A DNA stretch of 64,000 bases, from contig PBNR01000044.1 in the NCBI GenBank assembly GCA_002723195.1, forward strand, positions 54,415 through 118,414. The letters are read 5' to 3'. Below the pieces are notes generated by a model. It was not told the origin of the DNA. It did no database searches and saw only the letters and a program-made list of their open reading frames with translations. This DNA is from Gammaproteobacteria bacterium. GTDB taxonomy: Bacteria > Pseudomonadota > Gammaproteobacteria > Pseudomonadales > Pseudohongiellaceae. Shown here piece by piece: positions 8,606-18,115 of the stretch. A program made the translations under genes and the position numbers. The stretch's first letter is position 1. Every line of letters starts with the position of its first letter.

Positions 8606-9664
8606 TTGCGAATATTGATAGTTAAGGTTTCTTCGCTGGGCGATATTATTCACACATTGCCAGCAGTAACTGACGCCCATAAAGCCCATGCCGATTTAAC
8701 TTTTGACTGGGTAGTAGAGGAAAACTTTGCAGAAGTCCCTTCATGGCACCCTGCGGTCGACAAAGTAATTCCGGTAGCAATTCGGCGCTGGCGTAGGAAC
8801 TTACTTCGGACTTATTTAACTGATGAATTTCGATCTTTTAAGCGCACGTTGCAGGGTGTCCATTACGATCTAGTCATTGATGCACAAGGGCTGATAAAGA
8901 GCGGTTTCATCAGTCGTTTATCCCGGGGCCTGACAATTGGATTGAGCAACAGGACTATTCGAGAGCCTTTGGCTACGCTCTTTTATAACAAAGTTTATTC
9001 TGTTCCTTGGACGGAGCACGCCGTCAATCGAGTCAGGCAGCTATTCTCTAGAGCGTTAAAGTATCGCTACGATAAAGAGGTTATTGATTACGGGATAGAT
9101 GTTGCGAAATTAAAAGAAAACAGAGAGGAAAATACGGCCGAGCAAATAGTTTTTCTTCATGGAACGACTTGGGGGACCAAACATTGGCCTGCGAAGTATT
9201 GGCGTCATCTAGCACAAATTGCTTCTGAATCAGGCTATGAGGTATTGCTACCTTGGGGGAATAATGAAGAGAGAAAAAGAGCTGAATTCATTGCAAAAAA
9301 TAATAACTTGGTCACTATATTAGATAAGCAGTCACTTACGGGGCTTGCTCAGCACATTAATAACTCTAAAGGCGTGATTGCTGTCGATACTGGGTTGGGG
9401 CACTTGGCGGCGGCTCTCAGCAAGCCAGCCGTTTCTCTCTATGGGCCAACTAATCCAGGATTGTCCGGAACTTTCGGCGAAAATCAACTCCACCTGTATT
9501 CAAAATTTAGTTGCGCCCCATGCGTAAAGAAAGTTTGTAGTTATAAAGGGCCTGTTATAACTGACAATTTGGAAAATCAACCTTTTGCAGTAATACCGCC
9601 TTGTTTCTCTGTCAATAAGCCTGAACAGGTATGGCAAAGATTTAAGAACCTTCTTAAGGAATAA
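8606..9664 (+). CDS. waaC: ADP-heptose:LPS heptosyltransferase I
   Basis: The TTG start gives MRILIVKVSSLGDIIHTLPAVTDA (cf. E. coli WaaC MRVLIVKTSSMGDVLHTLPALTDA). Confidence 0.9.
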   Translation: MRILIVKVSSLGDIIHTLPAVTDAHKAHADLTFDWVVEENFAEVPSWHPAVDKVIPVAIRRWRRNLLRTYLTDEFRSFKRTLQGVHYDLVIDAQGLIKSGFISRLSRGLTIGLSNRTIREPLATLFYNKVYSVPWTEHAVNRVRQLFSRALKYRYDKEVIDYGIDVAKLKENREENTAEQIVFLHGTTWGTKHWPAKYWRHLAQIASESGYEVLLPWGNNEERKRAEFIAKNNNLVTILDKQSLTGLAQHINNSKGVIAVDTGLGHLAAALSKPAVSLYGPTNPGLSGTFGENQLHLYSKFSCAPCVKKVCSYKGPVITDNLENQPFAVIPPCFSVNKPEQVWQRFKNLLKE

Positions 9665-9672
9665 GCAAACCC

Positions 9673-10797
9673 GTGAAGTTAAGTTTTTTGATTTATTACT
9701 ACTTTCCTTATGGGGGGCAACAGAGAGACTTTCTTCGAATTGCAAAAGAGTGCATCAAGCGCGGCAATGAAGTTGATGTTTACGCTATTCGCTGGCAGGG
9801 TGAAGTCCCAGAAGGCCTCAACCTCATCCCAGTTCCGGTAAAAGCGATAACACGAACTAGGCTTTACATAAAGTACACCGCATGGATGGAGAGCACTATA
9901 AGAAAATCAGCAGGATCCACTGTGGTTGGTTTCAATAAAATGCCTTTGTTAGATATCTATTTTGCTGCTGACCCCTGCTTTGCAGAGAAAGCCCATACAC
10001 AGCGACGCTTTTACTACAAACTTACTCCGCGCTACCGCCACTTCAGCAAATATGAGAATGCTGTTTTTGGTAAAGGTTCAAATACTCATTCACTGATACT
10101 TTCGCCTCAGCAACGACTAGCTTTTGAAAAGTACTATCCTGATTGTTGTGAGCGATTACACGAACAGCCTCCAGGTGTTTCTTTGGATCGTAAAGTAGAA
10201 AGCCGCGATGTGTTAGCTCGTCAGCAGTTTCGCGATGAATATGGGATAAATACGGATGAATTATTGCTGCTACAAATAGGCTCAGGATTCAAAATAAAAG
10301 GAGTAGATAGAACTTTGCATGCTATAGCTTCTTTGCCAGACGAGCTATTATCTAGAACGAAATTTATGTTGGTAGGGCAGGACAAAAGTACCGGAGTGGT
10401 TCGCCTCGCTAAGCGTCTCGGTATTGCAGATAGATTACTTATTTTTGGCGGGCGTGACGACATTCCTCAGTTTCTCGCGGGAGCGGACTTATTAATCCAC
10501 CCGGCTTATGTAGAGAGCGCAGGTTACGTCTTATTAGAGGCGACAATAGCCGGGTTGCCAGTACTAACCACGGCTACATGCGGGTACTCATTCCACGTGG
10601 AAAGGGCACGATCTGGACAAGTTTGTCCTAGCCCGTTTAAGCAATCTGATTTAAATCAGAACCTAGCGTATATGCTGAAATCACTGCAGGATGAAGCGTG
10701 GTCGCGGAATGGGTTGAAATATGGCAAGAACGAAGATCTCTATTCCATGCCTGAAGTAGCAGCCGAACTGATAGAAAAATTGGCCCTTAATAACTGA
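9673..10797 (+). CDS. waaG: LPS core glucosyltransferase I (GT4)
   Basis: MKLSFLIYYYFPYGGQQRDFLRIA matches E. coli WaaG MIVAFCLYKYFPFGGLQRDFMRIA. The C-terminal GT4 region is HPAYVESAGYVLLEA. Confidence 0.85.
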   Translation: MKLSFLIYYYFPYGGQQRDFLRIAKECIKRGNEVDVYAIRWQGEVPEGLNLIPVPVKAITRTRLYIKYTAWMESTIRKSAGSTVVGFNKMPLLDIYFAADPCFAEKAHTQRRFYYKLTPRYRHFSKYENAVFGKGSNTHSLILSPQQRLAFEKYYPDCCERLHEQPPGVSLDRKVESRDVLARQQFRDEYGINTDELLLLQIGSGFKIKGVDRTLHAIASLPDELLSRTKFMLVGQDKSTGVVRLAKRLGIADRLLIFGGRDDIPQFLAGADLLIHPAYVESAGYVLLEATIAGLPVLTTATCGYSFHVERARSGQVCPSPFKQSDLNQNLAYMLKSLQDEAWSRNGLKYGKNEDLYSMPEVAAELIEKLALNN

Positions 10798-11588
10798 TGA
10801 CAATGCTTTATATAAATAAAGAGATTGCGGATACTTTTGAAGGGCAAGATCCTTATAATTTCCTAGAGGCTGTTGAATGTGAAATATACCGGGATGTTAA
10901 AGCGCGAAAAACATTTAGGTTTAAATTAAACGCAAAAGGTTATTTCGCAAAGCTGCATTCCGGCGTCGGTTGGTTAGAAATTTTTAAAAATCTATTTACT
11001 TTTCGTTTTCCTATAGTTGGCGCGCGTAACGAATGGGAGGCAATTCACCGAGTAAAAAATCTAAATATCGCCACAATGAATATTGTCGCCTACGGAGAGT
11101 GGGGCTGGAATCCAGCACGTAAAAAATCATTCATTATTACTGAAGAATTAATAAATACGATAAGCTTGGAAGATTACTGTAAAAAATGGAAAAACTCGCC
11201 GCCAAATCCTGCGCAAAAGCGCAACTTAATAAAGGAAGTTGCGAAGATTGCTGGCAGATTGCATCGCAACGGAATATGCCATCGCGACTTTTACCTCTGC
11301 CATCTTTTGTTGCATACAGAGGAAATCTCATTTCCAAAAATATCGGTTATTGACTTACATCGCGCGATAATTCGGAAAGATCTTGCGGCGCGTTGGGTTA
11401 TAAAAGACTTAGCTGGGCTTTACTACTCGGCGAAAAACATCGGGCTTACCCAGGGGGACTTATTGCGATTCGTCCGCCACTACGACGGTGGGGTTTTACG
11501 CTCTTCCCTGATCAAAAAAGATTCTTTTTGGCGGCAAGTAAATTTTAGGGCGAATAAAATGTATAAAAAACTGGGACCTTCAGTCTAG
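10797..11588 (+). CDS. waaP: LPS core heptose(I) kinase
   Basis: It is collinear with E. coli WaaP, including SFIITEEL..TISLEDYC, the catalytic loop HRDFYLCHLLL (E. coli HRDCYICHFLL) and ISVIDLHRA. Its ATG overlaps the waaG stop. Confidence 0.9.
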   Translation: MTMLYINKEIADTFEGQDPYNFLEAVECEIYRDVKARKTFRFKLNAKGYFAKLHSGVGWLEIFKNLFTFRFPIVGARNEWEAIHRVKNLNIATMNIVAYGEWGWNPARKKSFIITEELINTISLEDYCKKWKNSPPNPAQKRNLIKEVAKIAGRLHRNGICHRDFYLCHLLLHTEEISFPKISVIDLHRAIIRKDLAARWVIKDLAGLYYSAKNIGLTQGDLLRFVRHYDGGVLRSSLIKKDSFWRQVNFRANKMYKKLGPSV

Positions 11589-11592
11589 CTCA

Positions 11593-13047
11593 ATGATTAA
11601 TTTCACATGCGAACAATTAATCTCTATGGGACGGAATATTCCAACTCCTTTTATTCTTAATCTAGATAAAATGGGGCAGAAAGAGGAAATAAGTATTGAA
11701 ATTATTTTACGTCTTATTCCTGGAAAAAGGCTCGTCGGAATATCTAGTTGGCGGAACCAAAAGGTTATTTTAAAACTTTTCTTCAAGCCGGGCCACTCCC
11801 AGCGCAATATGTTATCTGATATTCGTGGCATAACCTTACTGCAAAAGCGTCACATACCTACCCCCGAAATACTGCTCCAGGCCTCTACAACGGATAAAAA
11901 GGGCGCGGCGTTACTCATAGAGTATCTAGAACAAGGCATAAGTCTGAAATCGTTAGTCGAAAAAGCAGACGAAGAAGAGCAGGTAACTTCTCATATTAAA
12001 GTCGCGACGACTTTAATTGCAAAATGCCACCAGCAAGGCCTTTGGCAAAATGATATCCATCTGGATAACTTCATGATGGTAGAGGAAACAGCCTATATTT
12101 TGGATGGTGGCGATATCCGCGAAGTGAGCACTGACGTACATGCAGAGGCGTCACTACAAAATCTTGCATTGTTCTTGGCCCAATTTACTGTAGGTAAGGA
12201 TAGATATATTCCGACTATAATTAGTATTTATCAATCAGTTCGAGAAAATTTTCCAGAAATAGAGTTAGAAGATTTTATTTTGCGAGTAAAAAGACAGCGT
12301 AATGGCAGATTGGGCCACCTAGAAAAAAAATTATTTCGCTCCACTACGGTAAACCGTGCCATTAGAAACCAAGAAAAATTTGTTGTTTACAATCGCCAAA
12401 TACATTCAAATGAAGTGGAAAAGTTCATTGAAAACCCTGGTATAAAAATTGATTGGGACGAGATTATAAAAAATGGGAATGCTTCTACGGTATACCGGAT
12501 AGCTTTGGGGGGGGATAGGTACGTGCTAAAACGTTATAATTTGAAATCGTTTTGGCATGGTTTTAAGTATTTATTTAGGCGAAGTCGAGCTCACCACAGC
12601 TGGAGAAATGCATGGGTATTGAATATGCTTGGGATCGATACTCCTCATCCATACCTGATGTACGAAGAAAGAATGGTCTGGTTTTTGCGAAAAAGGGCCT
12701 ATTTTCTTTGTGAAGACTTAAATGAAAAAAATTTACTGGATAAATTGGAAGTCGATTTCAAAGAGCTACCTATCGAAAAGATCGTACGGGCATTCAGAGC
12801 TCTGTTTGAGATTATGATAGAGTACAAAATTAGTCATGGCGATATGAAAGCTAGCAATTTTGTCTTTCATGATGACCGATTGTATGTGTTGGATCTTGAT
12901 TCGATGAAACGGCATAAAAATAGAGATAAATTCACTAAAGCGATGAAAAAAGACTTAGATAGATTTTTAAGAAATTGGGAAGGTGGTTGTTTAGAAAGTA
13001 GATTTAAACAACTAGTCGCTGACATAAATCTTATTGAACGAATATAA
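11593..13047 (+). CDS. Two-domain LPS-kinase-family protein (Kdo/WaaP/InaA-like)
   Basis: The N-terminal half has the catalytic-loop-like motif NDIHLDNFMM. The C-terminal half has ISHGDMKASNFVF and LYVLDLDS. It sits directly after waaP, as the extra core kinases do in Pseudomonas-type clusters. Confidence 0.7.
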   Translation: MINFTCEQLISMGRNIPTPFILNLDKMGQKEEISIEIILRLIPGKRLVGISSWRNQKVILKLFFKPGHSQRNMLSDIRGITLLQKRHIPTPEILLQASTTDKKGAALLIEYLEQGISLKSLVEKADEEEQVTSHIKVATTLIAKCHQQGLWQNDIHLDNFMMVEETAYILDGGDIREVSTDVHAEASLQNLALFLAQFTVGKDRYIPTIISIYQSVRENFPEIELEDFILRVKRQRNGRLGHLEKKLFRSTTVNRAIRNQEKFVVYNRQIHSNEVEKFIENPGIKIDWDEIIKNGNASTVYRIALGGDRYVLKRYNLKSFWHGFKYLFRRSRAHHSWRNAWVLNMLGIDTPHPYLMYEERMVWFLRKRAYFLCEDLNEKNLLDKLEVDFKELPIEKIVRAFRALFEIMIEYKISHGDMKASNFVFHDDRLYVLDLDSMKRHKNRDKFTKAMKKDLDRFLRNWEGGCLESRFKQLVADINLIERI

Positions 13048-13141
13048 ATATAATCAATACTGTTTAATTAGCTAAATTAGAGAACAAATTCTATTTCACT
13101 TACATAGGCATGTCGCTTCCATCTATGAAAGATAACTCGAA

Positions 13142-14668
13142 TTATAAGGGGTTGGTACGTTTATAAATAGCTAGTTGTTGGTTTTCCGGGCTTGGGAATA
13201 CAGCTTGGAGTTGGATGAATGGTTTTACATCAGCTCTTTTGACCAATTCAGACATTTCATAGTGCATTTCAATAGCAATAATGTCATCAGGTTGGGCGCC
13301 AATAATTTCGCTTTTTGTCAAAAATCTGATTGTTTCATCGTATTTTTCAACCTTGCCACTGAAGTATGCTATCGCATTATTGTTAGTGATTAATCCCGCG
13401 CGAGGATCTGTTCGAGATGTAATCCAATCGACCGAATCAAAGACAAATGTTTTGGACTGACCAAAACTGATGAAAGAGTCAAAAGCACAATAGCCAAAAT
13501 AAAGAATGATAATTCTCATCCCAATATTTTTCAGCACAGTTTTTTCTAACCGCTTTACTATATTGGAGATAACAATTGGCACTAAAAGAGCTAATATCAA
13601 GCAGAATAACATGGCATAACGACTCGACATATATCTAGTAACGAGGATGAATGTAAATACAATCGCCATATTGGTGACTACAAAAAACAGTATTGGTAGA
13701 TATATATTCCTTTTTAATTTGTAGTTCCGTTTGTAAGTGCCGTAAACCAATAGCCAGAAAAATGGGCCACCAATGCCTGAGAAAAGCTTTACAAGCAGTA
13801 TTGCTAATAAGCCTGTAAATAAAAACAAATTGATATAAGGACCTGAATAAGATGCAGCGTATTCTCCAAATATTGCGGAGCTAAGCGCATAAGTGTCGGC
13901 TTCGCTTGGGTAAAAGGTGCTATTTATAAATGGCTCATAGACAGAGAGGAAATCAGTTAATAACGAAACGATACTGATTTCGAAAATTGCCAATATAATA
14001 GATGTGGAAATAATAATACCGGTTGACAAAAATATCGCTTTTGAGAAGTATCGACGCCGGTCTATCATATCCAAAGAATTATCAACCAATAAAACAAATG
14101 GTGTGACGATTAGATATACGATAGCTTCCGCCCTAAAACTACTTGCGACAAGTAAACCTAATGAAAATGCGATCAAGTTATAGTTTTGGTGATATTTATA
14201 GAACAGTAAAAACTGCCATAGCGCGAATATGGAGAACGCCCAGTAACCAATATCCCTAATGATATAAAATCGGAATTCGTTAAGCTGTGGATAAAGTAAT
14301 ATACACAGCGCAGATATTATGCCAACCAATCGTGAATCATCGATGAGTTTTACGATGCTTAAAAAAGAGTATATTAACACCACAAAAAATACTGAGTTTA
14401 TTAAGTAAGCGGAGGTTATAAAATCGAAACCAAACTGGCTAACTAACGCCATGAGTAATGAGTAGCTTGCCCAGGCGTAATGCTGAATAGCCGCACCAAT
14501 GCCGTCAGTCAAAGCAATTTCGGCAGTGCGGATATAAGCGTAGGCATCATCGTTGGGTGCTTCTTCAACGAACAGAAGTAAAAACGAAATAAATAAGCTG
14601 GTAGCCGCAGCTAATAGTCGCGGATCATTTAGGTGCAAGATAAATCTATTCACGATGGCGCTCGCCAA
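13142..14668 (-). CDS. Polytopic inner-membrane protein, possibly a GT-C-fold (ArnT/PMT-like) glycosyltransferase or other LPS-modifying enzyme
   Basis: It has about a dozen hydrophobic helices, an acidic NDDAYAY motif after the first helix and a ~120-aa soluble C-terminus. It lies within the LPS cluster. The family assignment is not secure. Confidence 0.4.
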   Translation of the reverse strand: MASAIVNRFILHLNDPRLLAAATSLFISFLLLFVEEAPNDDAYAYIRTAEIALTDGIGAAIQHYAWASYSLLMALVSQFGFDFITSAYLINSVFFVVLIYSFLSIVKLIDDSRLVGIISALCILLYPQLNEFRFYIIRDIGYWAFSIFALWQFLLFYKYHQNYNLIAFSLGLLVASSFRAEAIVYLIVTPFVLLVDNSLDMIDRRRYFSKAIFLSTGIIISTSIILAIFEISIVSLLTDFLSVYEPFINSTFYPSEADTYALSSAIFGEYAASYSGPYINLFLFTGLLAILLVKLFSGIGGPFFWLLVYGTYKRNYKLKRNIYLPILFFVVTNMAIVFTFILVTRYMSSRYAMLFCLILALLVPIVISNIVKRLEKTVLKNIGMRIIILYFGYCAFDSFISFGQSKTFVFDSVDWITSRTDPRAGLITNNNAIAYFSGKVEKYDETIRFLTKSEIIGAQPDDIIAIEMHYEMSELVKRADVKPFIQLQAVFPSPENQQLAIYKRTNPL

Positions 14669-14671
14669 TTA

Positions 14672-15613
14672 CTAATAAGGTCGTGCTGACTTTCCAGCAG
14701 CTTGGGTTTTAAACCTTTTATGTAACCAAAGATATTGATCTGGTTGTTTCCTAATGGCCTCTTCAATGAGGTCATTGATTTTTATGGCATCCTGCTCTCG
14801 ATTTCCTGTGGGGTAATTTTCTAGAGCGGGACTAAAGTGCAAATGATAACCTGAGTTGTCATCGTTCCGGTAATGACTATAGAACACTACAGCTGAATTA
14901 TTAAAATTTGCAAAACGACCCGGCGCAGTAATTGTTGCTGCTTCAACACCAAAGAATGGAACGAATACGGAGTGTTCGGCGCCATAATCCTGATCTGGTG
15001 CATACCACAGTATATGTCCTTGTTTCAAACTTCGCATAGCGCCCCTTATGTCTTTCCGGTCAAGTACGGAAGGGTAGTGTCGGATTCTTCCGTTATACAT
15101 TGCTGTATCGAACAAGGGGTTTTTGTTTCCTCGATACATCACGTCCATTTTATGGAATAGGTTAAACAGAAAGCCGCCAAACTCGAGTGTGGTAAAGTGC
15201 GCACATAGTAATAACACACCTTTGCCTTGGGCTAGTGCCGCCTCTAAATTTTCTAGTCCAGTTGCTCTGACTCGTTCTTTATATTCACTTGGGTCTCGGT
15301 GCCAAGCGATTGCAATTTCAATCAATCCAATAGCATTTGAGATAAAGGTTTTGCGAACTAAGGAAAGTCTTTCCCTGGCATTAAGTTCAGGAAAACAAAG
15401 GCTAAGATTTACCTCACAGATGTGCTTGCGCTCCTGAGCTAGATGATAGGTTATGATGCCAATCAGATGACCAATTTTCATTTGCAGAGAAAAGGGGAGA
15501 TGCGCCACTGCTTTCATGAGGCCTAGGGCAAGCCAGGTAGGCCAGTAGCGTGGTGAAATGAAGTCTCGCAGTGATCGGTACTTAACGGGGAATTCAGGCT
15601 TGCGCGTCGCCAT
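14672..15613 (-). CDS. lpxL: Lipid A biosynthesis lauroyl/myristoyl (Kdo2-lipid IVA) acyltransferase
   Basis: The N-terminal FISPRYWPTWLALGLM and the acyltransferase box LLLCAHFTTLEFGG (E. coli LpxL GVHFMSLELGG) fit the family. At 313 aa the length is typical of LpxL/HtrB. Confidence 0.85.
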   Translation of the reverse strand: MATRKPEFPVKYRSLRDFISPRYWPTWLALGLMKAVAHLPFSLQMKIGHLIGIITYHLAQERKHICEVNLSLCFPELNARERLSLVRKTFISNAIGLIEIAIAWHRDPSEYKERVRATGLENLEAALAQGKGVLLLCAHFTTLEFGGFLFNLFHKMDVMYRGNKNPLFDTAMYNGRIRHYPSVLDRKDIRGAMRSLKQGHILWYAPDQDYGAEHSVFVPFFGVEAATITAPGRFANFNNSAVVFYSHYRNDDNSGYHLHFSPALENYPTGNREQDAIKINDLIEEAIRKQPDQYLWLHKRFKTQAAGKSARPY

Positions 15614-15893
15614 TGTTTACAGGGGCCAGTTTGATTGCGTTTCGTATTGGAAATACTTCACATTGTAGCAGATAGGTTTGTTGCTCACATATCTGTGAAA
15701 TTGGGCTTCATATAGGCAGAAATATCTAATATAAACCCCACTTTTAACTAAATTATTACGATAAATAGACATCTAAATACCACTTTTACGCTTTCTGAAG
15801 AATTCGATCAAATCCCTCTAAGCTATGTTTGATATGCCTATGATATGATCAGTCGGCAAGGATTGAGGCTGACAAACCTATTGGAGATGAGTC

Positions 15894-17324
15894 ATGAAAC
15901 TGGAAATGCCAGCATTTCAGGAAGCTCGGCTATTAGTTATTGGCGATGTTATGCTGGATCGCTACTGGCATGGGGCGGCTTCTGGGGTTTCGCCTGAAGC
16001 ACCAGTGCCTGTAGTGCGTGTCGGGAATGAGGAAAATCGACCGGGCGGTGCAGGCAATGTAGCCTTGAATATTGCAGCATTGGGTGCTGCTGCTCGACTG
16101 ATTGGACTTGTAGGTAATGATGAAACTGGGAGGGAACTTAACTCGCGTTTAAATGCTGCGGGCGTTTATTGTGACTTTATTGAGTCGAATGACAAACCGA
16201 CGATTACCAAACTACGTGTTATCAGTCAGCACCAACAGTTAATTCGCTTGGATTTTGAACAATTATTTGATAAGCCGGATGTAGGGGATTTATTTGAAAA
16301 GGCGAAAGCCTTAATTGATGACACTCAAGTATTAGTTCTTTCTGATTACGCCAAAGGTGCGTTACAGGGGGTAGAGCAGCTGATTGAATTAGGCCGTAAT
16401 CGTGGCATTCCTATCATCGTGGACCCAAAAGGTTCATGCTTTGAAAAGTATCGTGGTGCCACCTTGATTACGCCGAACTTAATTGAATTTGAGAAAGTAG
16501 TTGGTAAAAGCCAGAACGAGGAGGAGTTAGTAAACAAAGGTTTAAAACTACTAAGTGAACTAAGTCTAGAGGCCTTGTTAATTACTCGTGGCGAGCACGG
16601 TATGACTTTAATCCGTCCTCATTCTCCCGAGTTGCATTTACCGGCAAGAGCACAGGAAGTGTTTGATGTTACCGGCGCCGGAGACACTGTTGTTGGCGTG
16701 TTATCTGCAGCTATCGCAGTCGGTGAAAACTTAGCAGACGCAACAGCGTTAGCCAATCTTGCCGCTGGACTTGTAGTTGGCAAACTTGGAACTGCAGCAA
16801 TTAGTGGCCCGGAACTACGCCGGGCGATTTTAGCTGAACAAGGCTCTGGACGCGGTGTGATGACCTCCGATCAGCTGATATTTGCAGTACAAGATGCTAA
16901 AGCACACGGTGAAAAAATCGTATTTACTAATGGCTGTTTCGATATTATTCATGCTGGGCATGTTGGTTACTTATCAGAAGCAAAAGAGCTTGGAGATCGC
17001 CTAATAGTTGCAATTAATGACGATGATTCAGTTCGAAGAGTTAAAGGATCGGGTCGCCCAATTAATCCTGTTGAAAGACGTATGGCTGTCCTTGCTGGCT
17101 TAGAGGCTGTGGATTGGGTAGTTAACTTCTCCCAAGATACCCCGGAGGATTTGCTGAAACAATTAAAGCCGGAAGTATTGGTAAAGGGTGGCGACTATAC
17201 CCTGGACCAAGTAGTAGGCGCTGATTATGTTCAATCTTACGGAGGTGAAGTAAAGGCTTTGGAGTTTCTCGATAATTGCTCAACCTCAGCTATTGTTGAA
17301 AAAATGAAAGAGGTAGGCGAGTAA
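15894..17324 (+). CDS. hldE: Bifunctional D-beta-D-heptose 7-phosphate kinase / heptose 1-phosphate adenylyltransferase
   Basis: [23 protein letters not shown] matches E. coli HldE [23 protein letters not shown]. The C-terminal cytidylyltransferase motif is [17 protein letters not shown]. Confidence 0.95.
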   Translation: [476 protein letters not shown]

Positions 17325-17333
17325 CCTCTTAAA

Positions 17334-18110
17334 TTAACGCAGAATATTTTCTACGATTTGCACATTAGTTTGAAGATGCTCAGGGTTAACCGTCCCTATA
17401 ATTACGCTGCTAACCCCTTCTTTGTTTAGAACAAAGTCAAAATTTTTCTTGAAAGCATCTTCGCAAATGTGGCCACTATTCAAGGCTTTCTTGATAAGTA
17501 CACCTTTATTTTTATTGTTGGCGTGGTTAATAACAATTCCTTCTTCAGTGCTGATGGGGTTGTAAGTAACCATTACCAGGTCAGTCAGATCGGCGGCTTT
17601 AATGCCTCCTTCTACACTCTTGGTGGACATACCAATTGCGCGAATGGTGCCTTTTTCTTTCAGCTTCTGCAGTGTACTTAAACAATCAGTCGATTCAATG
17701 ATATCTATGTCATGGCCATTAGAATGTATAAGAACAATATCGAGATAGTCGGTTTTAAGATTGATTAAGCTACGTTCAACACTCTTTTTTGTATAATCAG
17801 CAGAGAAATTATAGACAGATTTTCCGTTTATAAATTCTTCACCAACCTTGGTGCAGATCACCCAATCTTGACGACCCGCTAATAATCGGCCAAGACGTTC
17901 TTCGCTGCTCCCATATGCGGGTGCTGTATCCAATAAATTGATGCCAAAAGATTTTGCTTGGTCAAGCAGGTCCGCCACTTGTTCGTCCGACGGCAAAGAA
18001 TAAGTATTTGGATATTTCACTTGTTCGGTACGACCAAACTTAACAGTGCCTAGGCCTAGGCTGGAAATGCTAAGATCGGTTTGACCTAACTTGCGTTTTT
18101 TTAATGACAT
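17334..18110 (-). CDS. Aldo/keto reductase family oxidoreductase
   Basis: LGLGTVKFGR and LLDTAPAYGSSEE are AKR hallmarks. It is convergent with hldE, with a 9-nt gap. Confidence 0.85.
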   Translation of the reverse strand: MSLKKRKLGQTDLSISSLGLGTVKFGRTEQVKYPNTYSLPSDEQVADLLDQAKSFGINLLDTAPAYGSSEERLGRLLAGRQDWVICTKVGEEFINGKSVYNFSADYTKKSVERSLINLKTDYLDIVLIHSNGHDIDIIESTDCLSTLQKLKEKGTIRAIGMSTKSVEGGIKAADLTDLVMVTYNPISTEEGIVINHANNKNKGVLIKKALNSGHICEDAFKKNFDFVLNKEGVSSVIIGTVNPEHLQTNVQIVENILR

Positions 18111-18115
18111 AAAAG

